In this document: one piece after another, positions 14,070 to 33,788 of the stretch | How the letters are laid out: the number at the start of each line of letters is the position of its first letter | Position numbering within the stretch: position 1 is the stretch's first letter | Assembly (NCBI GenBank): GCA_964016885.1 | Contig: OZ024740.1 | Span: forward strand, 409,944,001 to 410,008,000 | Source: Eledone cirrhosa | Taxonomy: Eukaryota | Direction: 5' to 3' | Length of the DNA: 64,000 nt | Made by a program: the position numbers and the translations under genes | The notes under the pieces: generated by a model | Seen by the model: only the letters and a program-made list of their open reading frames with translations | Databases searched by the model: none | What the model was told of the DNA's origin: nothing

Positions 14070-17000
14070 TTTTGTCCTTCATATATCTGTTATGTGTGCC
14101 TTTCATGCATCTGTTGTGTCTCTTTCATATATCTGTTGTGTCCCTTTCATACATCTGTTGTGTCCCTTTCATACATCTGTTGTGTCCCTTTCATACATCT
14201 GTTGTGTGTGCCTTTCATACATCTGTTGTGTGTGCCTTTCATACATCTGTTGTGTCCCTTTCATATATCTGTTGTGTGTCTTTCATACATCTGTTGTGTG
14301 CCTCTCATACATCTGTTGTGTGCCTCTCATACATCTATTGTGTGCCTCTCATACATCTGTTGCGTGCCTCTCATACATCTGTTGTGTGTCTTTCATATAT
14401 CTGTTGTGTGTCTTTCATATATCTGTTGTGTGTATTTCACAAATCTGTTGTGTCTTTCATACATCTGTTGTGTGCCTCTCATACATCTGTTGTGTGCCTC
14501 TCATACATCTGTTGTGTGCCTCTCATACATCTGTTGTGTGCCTCTCATAATCTGTTGTGTGTCTTTCATTCATCTGTTGTGTGTCTTTCATACATTTGTT
14601 GTGTGTCTTTCATACATTTGTTGTGTGTCTTTCATATATCTGTTGTGTGTCTTTCATACATCTGTTGTGTGTCTTTCATACATCTGTTGTGTGTCTTTCA
14701 TACATCTGTTGTGTGTCTTTCATACATCTGTTGTGTGTCTTTCATACATCTGTTGTGTGCCTTTCATACATCTGTTGTGTGCCTTTCATACATCTGTTGT
14801 ATGTCTTTCATACATCTGTTGTATGTCTTTCATACATCTGTTGTATGTCTTTCATATATCTGTTGTGTGCCTTTCATACATTTGTCTTTCATATATCTGT
14901 TGTCTTTCATATATCTGTTGTGTATCTGTTGTCTTTCATATATCTGTTGTGTGTCTTTTGTCTTTCATATATCTGTTGTGTACCTTTCGTACATCTGTTG
15001 TGTGCCTTTCATACATCTGTTGTGTGCCTTTCATACATCTGTTGTGTCCCTTTCATACATCTGTTGTGTGTGCCTTTCATACATCTGTTGTGTGTCTTTC
15101 ATATATCTGTTGTGTGTCTTTCATACATCTGTTGTGTGTCTTTCATACATCTGTTGTGTGTCTTTCATACATCTGTTGTGTGTCTTTCATACATCTGTTG
15201 TGTGTCTTTCATACATCTGTTGTGTGTCTTTCATACATCTGTTGTGTGTCTTTCATACATCTGTTGTGTGTCTTTCATACATCTGTTGTGTGTCTTTCAT
15301 ACATCTGTTGTGTGTCTTTCATACATTTGTTGTGTGCCTTTCATACATCTGTTGTGTGCCTTTCATACATCTGTTGTGTGCCTTTCATACATCTGTTGTG
15401 TGCCTTTCATACATCTGTTGTGTGCCTTTCATACATCTGTTGTATGTCTTTCATACATCTGTTGTATGTCTTTCATACATCTGTTGTATGTCTTTCATAT
15501 ATCTGTTGTGTGCCTTTCATACATTTGTCTTTCATATATCTGTTGTGTATCTGTTGTCTTTCATATATTTGTTGTGTGTCTTTTGTCTTTCATATATCTG
15601 TTGTGTACCTTTCGTACATCTGTTGTGTGCCTTTCATACATCTGTTGTGTGCCTTTCATACATCTGTTGTGTGCCTTTCATACATCTGTTGTGTACCTTT
15701 CATATATCTGTTGTGTACCTTTCATGCATCTGTTGTGTACCTTTCATGCATCTGTTGTGTACCTTTCATGCATCTGTTGTGTGCCTTTCATGCATCTGTT
15801 GTGTGCCTTTCATGCATCTGTTGTGTGCCTTTCATACATCTGTTGTGTATCTTTCATACATCTGTTGTGTACCTTTCATACATCTGTTGTCTTTTGTCTA
15901 TCATATATCTGTTGTCTTTTGTCTATCATATATCTGTTGTCTTTTGTCTATCATATATCTGTTGTGTGCCTTTCATATATCTGTTGTGTACCTTTCATAT
16001 ATCTGTTGTTTACCTTTCATATATCTGTTGTGTACCTTTCGTATATCTGTTGTGTACCTTTCATATATCTGTTGTGTACCTTTCATATATCTGTTGTGTA
16101 CCTTTCATATATCTGTTGTGTACCTTTCATACATCTGTTGTGTACCTTTCATACATCTGTTGTGTACCTTTCATACATCTGTTGTGTGCCTTTCATATAT
16201 CTGTTGTGTGCCTTTCATATATCTGTTGTGTACCTTTCATACATCTGTTGTGTATCTTTTGTCTTTCATATATCTGTTGTCTCCTTCATATATGTTGTGT
16301 ACCTTTCATACATCTGTTGTGTCTTTTGTCTTTCATATATCTGTTGTGTGCCTTTCATACATCTGTCGTGTGCCTTTCATACATCTGTCGTGTGCCTTTC
16401 ATACATCTGTTGTGTGCCTTTCATACATCTGTCGTGTGTCTTTCATACATCTGTCGTGTGTCTTTCATACATCTGTTGTGTGTCTTTCATACATCTGTTG
16501 TGTCTTTCATACATCTGTTGTGTCTTTCATACATCTGTTGTGTGTCTTTCATACATCTGTTGTGTGTCTTTCATACATCTGTTGTGTGTCTTTCATACAT
16601 CTGTTGTGTGTCTTTCATACATCTGTTGTGTGTCTTTCATACATCTGTTGTGTGTCTTTCATACATCTGTTGTGTGTCTTTCATACATCTGTTGTGTGTC
16701 TTTCATACATCTGTTGTGTGTCTTTCATATATCTGTTGTGTGTCTTTCATATATCTGTTGTGTGTCTTTCATACATCTGTTGTGTGTCTTTCATACATCT
16801 GTTGTGTGTCTTTCATACATCTGTTGTGTGTCTTTCATACATCTGTTGTGTGTCTTTCATACATCTGTTGTGTGTCTTTCATACATCTGTTGTGTGTCTT
16901 TCATATATCTGTTGTGTACCTTTCATACATCTGTTGTGTACCTTTCATACATCTGTTGTGTACCTTTCATACATCTGTTGTGTACCTTTCATACATCTGT

Positions 17001-17232
17001 TGTGTACCTTTCATACATCTGTTGTGTACCTTTCATACATCTGTTGTGTACCTTTCATACATCTGTTGTGTGCCTTTCATACATTTGTTGTGTGTGTCTT
17101 TCATATATCTGTTGTGTGTTTTTCATATATCTGTTGTGTGTTTTTCATATATCTGTTGTGTGTCTTTTGTCTTTCATATATCTGTTGTGTGCCTTTTATA
17201 TCTCTCTTGTGTGTCTTATGTCCTTCATATAT
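14070..17232. repeat. 22-bp minisatellite, about 140 units
   Basis: Consensus CTTTCATACATCTGTTGTGTG(T/C) with variant blocks; explains the long C/V/S/F/I/H/L ORFs. Confidence 0.98.
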
Positions 17233-17396
17233 CTAGGGTCCCTAAAATAAACCCCTGTTGGAGTGGGATCTGATATCCATGTCTAAGTTGAGTATATCAC
17301 ACAAATCCCACTCCTTACATCAACACAAAAAATTAACTATTGTTTTTTTTTGTTTTTGTTTTTGTTGCTGTTATATTTTTCTTGTTGCTTTTGTAG

Positions 17397-17489
17397 GCCG
17401 ACTGGAATTCATCAGAAAGTGACCTGAGTGAAGGGGAGTTAGAGAAGCGACGCCGGCACCTGCTGCAGCAGCTAGAAGCTGATCAATAA
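17397..17489 (+). CDS. PRPF40: Terminal coding exon of a PRP40-family pre-mRNA processing factor
   Basis: T-rich tract and ttgtag acceptor, then [30 protein letters not shown]. This closely matches the vertebrate PRPF40A C-terminus as I recall it (..[23 protein letters not shown]). No upstream exon recognised in the window. Confidence 0.85.
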   Translation, partial: [30 protein letters not shown]

Positions 17490-18274
17490 TAAAGCAAAAC
17501 AAAACAAAAAAATAATGTTCTCTTGACAAGAACTATTCACTACACCTCCACCGTCGCCGTCACCACCACCACCACCACCACTACTACTACAACTACTACT
17601 ACAACTACTTCTACTATAAACTACTAGCATTATATACTACTATTATTCTACATTACTACTACTACTCTATACTACTATGTTCATCACATCACATACATAA
17701 ATAATAACCAGTCAGCCACTTCGTTGCTCATTTTTAATTCTTTAATCAATCATTATTGAAGTTATTGTTTCTTTTTAGTAGTTATTCAAAGGCATTCCAG
17801 CCATGACCATTCCATCTGTTTTTAATTTTTTTTTTATTTTACTTTTCAGGCATAGCATATATATATTTATGACAACCTTTATTTACTCTTGATCGCATTT
17901 GCCTTGGAACCCGGCTACTGCATCTAGTATGCATTCAGTACACTTTATAAAGTGGCTAGCTTTCAAATGGCAACAATATATGGCAGAGAGAACTCTTCAG
18001 TCAAGTCAAGGACATGACAATCTCTCTAGCATTGGGGTCATAATAAAATATATCCAGTACACTCTAAGGTGGTTAGTGTTAAGATGAGCATCCAGTTGTA
18101 AAACCCATGCTAAAAAAAGAGGCTTGTATTGAGCAAGTTGTGGTCTCCCAGCCTGTCTTGGAGAATAGTAGTTCCAATTAATTACTGATGTTCTCTGTAG
18201 CCACCTGTTAAATCCAATCATTTGAGAGACATTTTGTTATTTAACAGTTGAGTGACTATGTAGAGGCTCAATTA

Positions 18275-18385
18275 TCAAATCCCGCCGAGGTTAACTTTGC
18301 CTTTCATCCTTACGGGGTCGATAAAATAAAGTACCAGTAATGTACTGGGTAATTGATGGCCTTGTGCCAAAAGTAGAAACAATTA
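18275..18385 (+). mobile_element. tRNA-SINE, 3' part
   Basis: caaatcccgccgaggttaactttgcctttcatccttacggggtcgataaaataaagtaccag...gccaaaagtagaaacaatt. Confidence 0.85.
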
Positions 18386-18664
18386 TTGACTCAGCTTTTG
18401 TTCTTTCTTCCTGTCTTCATTGCCCCTGACTTCTGTGAATATCTCCTTTCATTGATATTCAACTGACCAACCAACTGAACAACAACCATTTTGCCAGTTA
18501 AGACTTTTTAGCAAGCATAACAATACTCACCACACGATCCTTTTTAAATGAATGTTTTATGGCTGGATGCTATTCCTGACATTAAACCTTTTAGTTGCCT
18601 CATATGACATGCAGAGTTACTGTGTACCTATTCAACTAACTGTGCATTATTTACCAACTATGGT

Positions 18665-18772
18665 AAGCGGTGGATTGGCAGTATCGGTAGAGAATCGGAC
18701 ACCATGCTTTGCAGCATAGAGTTGCGTCCCTTTACGGCATGGGTTCAAATCCCACCGAGGTTAACTTTGCCT
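18665..18772 (+). mobile_element. tRNA-SINE, 5' part (defines head aagcggtggattggcag)
   Basis: A-box-like tggcagtatcgg and B-box-like gttcaaatccc; truncated before a CA repeat. Confidence 0.8.
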
Positions 18773-18802
18773 GTCATCTGTATGCGTGTGTGCATGCGCG
18801 CG

Positions 18803-18894
<92 letters not shown>

Positions 18895-19009
18895 CTCTCT
18901 CACATATGTATATATAATATATACTATGTATGTATGTATGTATGTATGTATATATATATATATCATATTCATCGTCATCATTTAATGCCCAATTTCCCTG
19001 ATATATATA

Positions 19010-19310
19010 TCAATGTGCATGAACGACCAAGCATAGATGAGTTGAGAGAGAAATGGTATAAGAGAGATAGGTTGTGGTGTGAAGGAGAGAAGATGGTATG
19101 GACATGTGATGCACATGGAGGATGGCCGCTGGGTAAAGAAGTGCCAAGAAGGTGCAGTAGAGGAAGACCACGAAAAACATGGGCGGAGGTGGTGAGAGCA
19201 GACCTCAGATCGTTGAAGCTCAGGAGGAGATGACAAGTGGAGAGATGCTGTGCTGAATAGGACCCGTCCCACCCTTGAAAACGGAAAAGTGGACGTATGA
19301 TGATGATGAT
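19010..19310 (+). mobile_element. RTE 3' end fragment
   Basis: SIDELREK..., RGRPRKTWAEVVRADL, then a tail ending ggacgtatgatgatgatgat. Confidence 0.8.
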
Positions 19311-19339
19311 ATATATACAAAGAGAGAGAGAGAGATTTA

Positions 19340-20740
19340 ATGCATTTTTATGTGAAATATGACAAAAAGTGTGAGGGTAGCCATAAACAGCTGGATACTA
19401 TATGTATAGTAAAAAGTCTGGTTAAGATATAACCTGAGGGAGAAAAAGGAAGAAAGAGTCTAAAGCATGAGGTGAGAAATGAGAATGTTATAGATGATCT
19501 TAAGAAAGCCTTTGACAGGTTACTGCACTTTGTAGTATGGTGCTCTCTAAGAAATCTAGGTGTACATGAATGGTTTGTGAAAGCCTTGGAAGCCTTGTAC
19601 AGAGAAGGCATTAACAGCATGAGAGATGAGCATTGAATTCAGTAAGGGATTTATAGTGCAAGTTTGTTCCCATCATGGCTGTACTCTCAGCCACATTGTA
19701 TATATATATCATAGTTCTTAAGGCTGTAATAGAGGAGTTCAAAGTGAGCTGTCTATTGTAACTCCTGAATACTAATCACCAAGGTATCATAGTTAATTCT
19801 GGTAGATTTAGAGAAGAAACTTCAAATATGGAAACAGCCAAATATTGACTGGGCACATCATCATCGTCATCATTATCGTTTTTACATTGACTGTTCCATT
19901 CTGGCATGGTTTAGACGAGGTTTTTTGAGGCAATATTTTACAGCCAGATGCTCTTCCCATCAACCCTTTTAGTTGCCTCTCATGACATGCAGGAACATGA
20001 TATATCTTATCTAAATAGGATACACCTATCAAAGACAATTTTTAGTTTGCAGGAAAGACAAATTCTTTTGTCATCTGAGAAGTGTCCATGCTCAATATAT
20101 ATAGAAGTAGGAAGGAATCTGTTGCAGGAGAAATGTAATGGGTTGACTGAAAAAGTAGATTTCATATATAGCAGATGAACAGAGCATTGTGAAATAAATT
20201 CTTGGAAATACTCAAAAGGTTCACTAGAAATAGTTGATATTTTCTGTTACTTAGGTGACATAATTAGAAGATGGAGGTCAGTGTTTGGAAAGCATAGTAG
20301 ATTAAGAACAAGCTGGAAATAGTTAAGGGTGCTATTTCCTTTGCTAGCAAAAAAAAAAAGTCTTGAGTAATGAGTAGATTGTATGATACCTATGTCTGTG
20401 GTGCGGTGCTGTAAGTTAAAGAAACTAAGTAAGCATGCTCCAGTGGATTTGAAAAGTTTGTATGTATGTATGAATGATAAAGATGAGAAGGTTAAAAAAA
20501 AAACCCAACAAACTAGGAGAAAAAAGCTTCACTGCTAAATGACATGTATTGAGGATGACAGTTGAATAAAGATGTAAAAAGTGATCAAAGTGGAAAGAAT
20601 CTGCAGAAGAGCAATACAGTAAAAGTGGCAAAGACAGATCTACAGATGCTGTACCTCAATAAGAAGATAAAGGATTATAAGTGTTGAAATACTGTGCTGA
20701 GGAAGACCTGACCAACTCATGTAAGGTTGGAATGATGACG
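19340..20740 (+). mobile_element. Old, decayed RTE RT remnant (same type as 4300-5900), interrupted by a SINE
   Basis: gatcttaagaaagcctttgacagg (DL.KAFDR), tggtgctctctaagaaatctaggtgta.atgaatgg, ttagagaagaaacttcaaatatggaaa and ttctgttacttaggtgac are colinear with the 4.3-5.9 kb copy. Confidence 0.75.
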
Positions 20741-22624
20741 ATGTGTGTATCATTTCATCAGCATCATCATCATCATCATCCTTTTTACATGTGTTTCTAT
20801 GCTCACTTGGGTGGATGAGACTATTTGAGGCAGTTTCTCCTACAGCTGATCAACAAAAGGTTTCATATTAATTGTGGGATATATGAATAGTTATATCTGG
20901 TTTTCTTCATTGGTCTCTCTCAACTTCTCTGTCTCTACTTTTCTCTCCCTTTTCTTGTACATCACACATTTCAGCTGATGTATTATTGCTACTAAGAACT
21001 GAAAGAATGTCTTATATTTTGTTATATCTGTTTACATCCTGATCCCCAATCCCACCTGAGTCATCTTTTCCTTTTATCTTTCTGTGGCTCATAAAATAAG
21101 TATCAATCAAGTACTGGGATCAGTTTGATCAACTGTGGGTGACCTTCTGTATGATCATTCTTATTCTATATCTGCTTTCCATGCTGGCATGGGTAATGTA
21201 ATAAATCATATAAAGTCTAACTGATAGCAGTATGGAAAGTAGATATAAAATTATGATGAGGATGATATGGTTATAGCAATGGAAAAAGCAGAACATAGTA
21301 TGTGGAAATAAACTGCTTTATACTATTTAGTTATGATACTCCATTTTATCAACCCACAGAGCTTGATAAGGTGTTCCAGTCATGTATTGGGATTTAATCT
21401 ATAGCTTACCTCTACAGATTCCGTTTAACGATCAGATTAGTTGTTTTATAAAAATCTAGATTTAGAACCTTATTTTTCTAAATTGAAATCCTGCTGGGAA
21501 CCCACAGCATCATCCATCCCCCCGGACTAAAACAAAAATGTTTATCTTCTCACCTAATTATTATCTTACAACTTCAGCTTTCTATTTCATCCATTTTTAC
21601 CTTAATGTTACTATTCAGTTTTAATATTCCATGAATTATCTTTGTTTCAAACCAACTTTTAATAATAATCATTGTATAATCATTAGCTTCATTTCCGTGT
21701 CTCTGTTTGTGTAATTTATATACATTGTGTTCATAAAAAAATTCCCCAAAGAACATTCAAATTGTTTTAAATTTTATACTACCTTCTCTTTGAATCCAAA
21801 CTATTTAGGAAATGGATTTTGAACAAAGCAGCATATTTTCAAATTAAATTGTTTGCAATATATTCGGTTTTAGAATTTTTTTTTTTTTTTTTAAATCGCC
21901 TTTAAATATCCTTCTTCGATTAAAGTGGGTTTAATCAATCCTAATATATATAAAAATGCTTAATTATTAAAATACAACGAAGTTTCACCTTTAGCAGAAG
22001 ATTTCTCTATACTTTTTCTGAAGTTTCAATAGAGCTAAACAGCACTGATGATGGAATTCAAAATTAAATGTGTTTATATTTTTTCAACTAAGATTGAATT
22101 TGGTTTATTGATAGTAACTATTATATAATATTTACAATTGAAAAATAATATTTTTATGAAGCAAAAAAAAAAAAGGGTAAAGGGAAAGAAGAAAAAGGAT
22201 TAAGCAACGAAAGAAAGGGAGAGGGAGGGACACAAACACGTGACAAAAGTTGAGACCCGGAATCAAGCCACTGGCATGAATTGAGCCGATGTCTAACTAA
22301 CGTCTTGCTGTATGAACTAGATTTATGTTCAGGCTCCTTTCGGGTTCACACATTTGTATTTGGATCTACACTTAGTTGAAAATAATACAAAATATATAGC
22401 TGCAAACATGGGTTCAGTTCCACTGTGCGACATCTTGAGTTGACCAATGTTTTGTGAGTGGATAGACTGATAACACATTTAAAATCGGTCCTAGTCCCTC
22501 ATTCATTAGCACAGCAATTAAAGTATATGTATTTCGGGACAATTCGTACCATCAATTAGTAGAACAAATCATCACAAATAATCCTTTTAAAAATTAATAA
22601 AGCCAATTATCAATATTAAAAGAA

Positions 22625-22825
22625 TGATCTAGGCACAAGACCAACAATTTGGGGGAGAGGAAAGTCGATTAATTTGACCTCTGAGTTACTGGTATGTTAT
22701 TTTGTCGACCCAGTAAGGATGAAAGGCAACTTCGGCGGGATTTGAACTCAGAATGTAAAAGAGCTGCAACTAATACTGTTAAGCATTTGTCCGACCTTTA
22801 ACGACTCTGCCAATCTACCACCCAA
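22625..22825 (-). mobile_element. tRNA-SINE copy
   Basis: Reverse complement of the SINE head and core (gtcgaccc..aaggatgaaaggcaa..cggcgggatttgaactcaga..ctgccaatctacc). Confidence 0.8.
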
Positions 22826-23340
22826 ATCTAGATAATAAAAAAGTTAACAATCGTACAATAAGGTTATAAATTGTAAGAATAAATAAACAAACAAACAAAA
22901 AAAATCGCTTATAATTTAACTTTGTTTCCCCGTTGTGTAAAGAGAAATAATTCAACACATACATACTCGCATAGAATTTGCTTTGACGATTCCAAGCTAC
23001 CTTTAATTACTGGCACAAGGTTTAGCCCCCCCCCCCCCCCCCCCCCCACACACACACATTTACTGAAATTTAAAATCACATTATATATATATATATATAT
23101 ATATATCTTTCGCCGAAAAGAAGTGACATATTATTACTGGAATTCTATAAGAATCCAGTTTCTATAATTTTCGGTGAAAGTAGGGGAGTGCATGGCTCTG
23201 ATGAACGCCTTCTTTCGCCGAAAAGAACTGACGTAGTAACTTCTTTAAAACTGATAGTGTCTGGTCTTCTAAATGTTTTTAATTAAACATACGGTATATT
23301 GCCAAATATACTATACATACATTCATATATATATATATAT

Positions 23341-23570
23341 CACCTTGCCCGACCAATTGGCGCCGCTGGTCACAGCACGTCGTGCTGTTTTAGACAAGAT
23401 AACGCCACCCACTGTCTGAGCGGGCAGGCTGGTACTCATTTCTACAGCTGAGTAAACTGGAGCAATGTGAAATAAAGTGTCTTGCTCAAGGAAACAACAC
23501 CTCACCCGGTCCGAGAATTGAACTCACAACCTTTCGATTGCAAGCCCAACCACTCAGCCATGCGCCTTCA
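23341..23570 (-). mobile_element. Second tRNA-SINE family (CORE-like centre)
   Basis: Minus strand: gaaggcgcatggctgagtggtt...gagttcaattctcgg...ccttgagcaagacacttt...tcagctgtagaaatgagtacc; related copy at 52550-52985. Confidence 0.75.
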
Positions 23571-29633
<6,063 letters not shown>

Positions 29634-29634
29634 T

Positions 29635-29958
29635 GTCAGGTCACCACTTGGTGCTACTGGTAACATGTATCCCAGTACAACCTGTCACATGGTCGGGTCG
29701 TTGGCGACTAAACTGGCAACCCCACCAAGGTTTCTTAGTGAGGAGGGTGACTTTGGACATCCTGCAGGACTAAAACAAAACCTGTCAAAGGGCAAAGGAG
29801 CTCTTAAGAGTCAATGGCCATCCAAAATCACTGGGAGAGATGACCCCTTAGCCTTTGTCAAGGCAGAATTCTAGGAGAAGGAAAACTCTGATATAACACC
29901 TGCAACCCTGATGGTATCCAATGATGTTGACTTGTTCTTCTTTTTGGTAAATATCATC
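29635..29958 (+). repeat. Repeat resembling an RTE 5' UTR; copy 1, cut by the gap
   Basis: Near-identical to 36031-36352; contains ctaggagaaggaaaactctga. Confidence 0.65.
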
Positions 29959-30158
29959 NNNNNNNNNNNNNNNNNNNNNNNNNNNNNNNNNNNNNNNNNN
30001 NNNNNNNNNNNNNNNNNNNNNNNNNNNNNNNNNNNNNNNNNNNNNNNNNNNNNNNNNNNNNNNNNNNNNNNNNNNNNNNNNNNNNNNNNNNNNNNNNNNN
30101 NNNNNNNNNNNNNNNNNNNNNNNNNNNNNNNNNNNNNNNNNNNNNNNNNNNNNNNNNN
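29959..30158. other. Assembly gap (200 N)
   Basis: Run of N. Confidence 1.
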
Positions 30159-31387
30159 CTCACTTCCACTGTGAACCTCTCCTGTAGCTTATCATCTTCC
30201 TTGAAAGCTCCCCAGTCATAGATTGTTCTCCGGGGCTGAGCCTTGCTCTTTCTTAAGCTCACGCGGACCTCACTCATAACAAGCCGGTGGTCACTACCCA
30301 GTGTACTGAAATAGCTGTATGGTTCCGTGTTCAGAACACTATTCCGCCACTTTTTCCTCACCAGAATGAAATCAATCTGGGACTTGGACAGGTGCATATC
30401 TGAGATGTAGGTCCACATCTTCCCCAGATTCTTCCTAAACCTTAGGTTGGTCGCCATCAAGTTCGCCTCCAGCAGGGTGTCTCTCAGTAGTCTTCCATTT
30501 CGGTTGGTGTTGTTATGGAAGTACCAGCAAGGATCTTCACTGCCCTCCTTACTCAGATGTGCATTGAAGTCCCCCAAAACAAGCAGGATATTGTGTGCCT
30601 GAGTGGTGTTGACAGCTCTACACACCTCCTCATGGAACTCCTCGGCATTCACATCACTGTCCCCCTCGGTTGGACTATAGGCTGAGATGACTGTCAGTCT
30701 TGGGTTTCCATTGAAGGTCACCCTCAACACTCGCGGGGAGATAGGCATTATTTCCCTCACCAACAGATTGGTTTTTGCACTGAACACAAAACCCACTCCT
30801 CCTACTGCAGCATTTGTTGTGTTCTTCACTGCCGATGTAGTGATGAGCTGGCTCTTCCTCCCGATCATCACACTCCTCACGGGCTCATCGTGTAGAATCC
30901 TGTGTTCTTGGATCGCAAGTATCTGTATACCACTCTCCTCGAACAGATGTCCCAACTCCTCTCTCTTCTCCAGCGTTCGAATAGTCCTCACATTCAAAGT
31001 GCCCATTTTGATGGCTCTTCTGCAGGACAAAACTGCATTCTTTATATTTGTCTCAGAGACAGCTGAGCCATCATCCACTGGCCCTCTCTGTGGGCAGAGT
31101 CATAACGACCAGGCTGCTCCTTGACAGTGTAATTAGGGGCTCTAACCCTAGTGCTGTTAGATCGACTCTCCATATTTCTTTTCAATGGCTGACAATACCT
31201 TACCGGCGCCACTCGAATAAGGTAGTTATTTAACCCATAAATGGAGCCCTAACAGGTACTACCACCCCGGGCCAGGGCAGACCTGGAAGTCATGACAACT
31301 AAGGGGTAACTCCACATTCCCCACATCTCCTGAACTCCCGAACTGGAGCCTTGCCACTGGATGTAGTTTAATGTCATACCCAGGACA
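30159..31387 (-). mobile_element. RTE-like LINE 5' part: UTR plus APE endonuclease domain
   Basis: Open frame 31078 to the gap: GTLNVRTI, LAIQEHR, GGVGF, SAYSPT, LGDFNAH, QIDFIL, SDHRLV. Confidence 0.9.
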
Positions 31388-31444
31388 TATATATATGTAT
31401 ATATATATGTTATATATATATATATATGTATATGTATATATATG

Positions 31445-31517
<73 letters not shown>

Positions 31518-31566
31518 ATATATATATATGTATATATATGTATATATGTGTATATATATATATATG

Positions 31567-31597
<31 letters not shown>

Positions 31598-31653
31598 GTG
31601 TATATATATATGTATATATATATATGTATATATATATGTATATATATATATAC

Positions 31654-31738
<85 letters not shown>

Positions 31739-31747
31739 CATATATAC

Positions 31748-31812
<65 letters not shown>

Positions 31813-31912
31813 CATATCTATATATATACACATATATATATATATACACATATATATATATATGAATATATATATATATACATATATATGTATATATATA
31901 TATGTATATATG

Positions 31913-31976
<64 letters not shown>

Positions 31977-31979
31977 TAC

Positions 31980-32028
<49 letters not shown>

Positions 32029-32235
32029 CATACATATATATACATATATATATACATATATACATATACATATACATATATACATATATATACATATATA
32101 TATATATATACATATATATACATATATATATATATACATATATACATATACATATACATATATACATATACACATATACATATATATATATATATATATA
32201 TACATATATATATACACATATATATATATACATAC

Positions 32236-32296
<61 letters not shown>

Positions 32297-32316
32297 CATA
32301 TATATATATACACATA

Positions 32317-32348
<32 letters not shown>

Positions 32349-32581
32349 CATATATATATATACACATATATATATATACATATATATGCACATATATACA
32401 TATATACATATATATATATATATACATATATATGTATATATGTATATATATATATATGTATATATATAATATATATGTATATGTATATATATATATGTAT
32501 ATGTATATATATGTATATATATATATATGTATATATATTTATATGTATATATATATATATGTATATATATATGTATATATG

Positions 32582-32630
<49 letters not shown>

Positions 32631-32640
32631 ATATATATAT
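31388..32640. repeat. Interrupted (TA)n tract with polarity switches (TATG / TACA / TATG)
   Basis: Interruptions change from G to C near 31650 and back to G near 32430. Confidence 0.97.
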
Positions 32641-33198
32641 GTAATAAATATAAATTAATATATATGATGAAACACAAATACCAACATATCTGTGTTTATA
32701 TTGCAAAAGAAATTAAGTTAGCTAGAATGAAATATACTAATTATAATATTACAGCTTGCCTATATCGATTTAAAATAATAAATCAACAAAAACAAACAGT
32801 ATTGGCAAATGGCCATGGTGTTTAGATAAATTTAAGTTTCAAAATCAAACCTATTCCGTAGATAAGTTTAAACTTTAAAATCCAAATATGTTTCGAGATA
32901 AATAAGTGTAAGGATATCTTGTTCAGCCCTCATCAGTAAATACCCTGAACAAATTGATATGCTTCACTTCTAAATATTTTAAAAGACTGTTTAACGCACA
33001 TGGTTTTACAGTTTCTAGCCAGCCTCATACTCGTACTGCTAGAAATAACAGCCGTATATATGGGGCTACTATCAGCTCAACCTAAGGAGCAATTATATTA
33101 AGTGTATTGAGTTCAAAACTCAAGCATTCCTTTACAATGAAAATGAATGCTTGAGTTGTATAGGAATGCTTGAGTTTTGAACTCAATACACTTATTAT
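32641..33198 (-). mobile_element. Short PLE-type insert with degenerate hammerhead and terminal fold-back
   Basis: Minus strand CTGATGA (32936-32930), ggg..ctc stem, GAAAC (32894-32890); inverted arms ~33095-33137/33156-33198; TA tracts on both sides; duplicated at 42454-43011. Confidence 0.65.
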
Positions 33199-33243
33199 AT
33201 ATATATATGTATATCTATATATGTATATATATATATGTATATG

Positions 33244-33288
<45 letters not shown>

Positions 33289-33328
33289 ATGTATATATAT
33301 GTATATGTATATATATATATTATGTATA

Positions 33329-33363
<35 letters not shown>

Positions 33364-33616
33364 ATATATATCTATATTTATATATGTATTATATATATAT
33401 GTATATATATATGTATATTGTATAGTGTATATGTATATATATATGTATATATGTATATGTATATATGTAATATATATATATATATAATGTATATATGTAA
33501 ATGTATATATGCATATATATATATTATATGTATATATATATATATGTATATATATATATTATATGTATATATATATATATATGTGTGTATATATATATAT
33601 GTGTATATATATATCT

Positions 33617-33782
<166 letters not shown>

Positions 33783-33788
33783 GTGTAT

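Noticed and set aside
14019-17273. ORFs of about 900-1080 aa in three frames; also a CRISPR-like look
   Set aside because: Tandem 22-bp satellite with no unique spacers and no cas genes; the ORFs arise from a stop-free unit.
22046-22075. CTGATGA as another hammerhead core
   Set aside because: No GAAA and no convincing stems follow.
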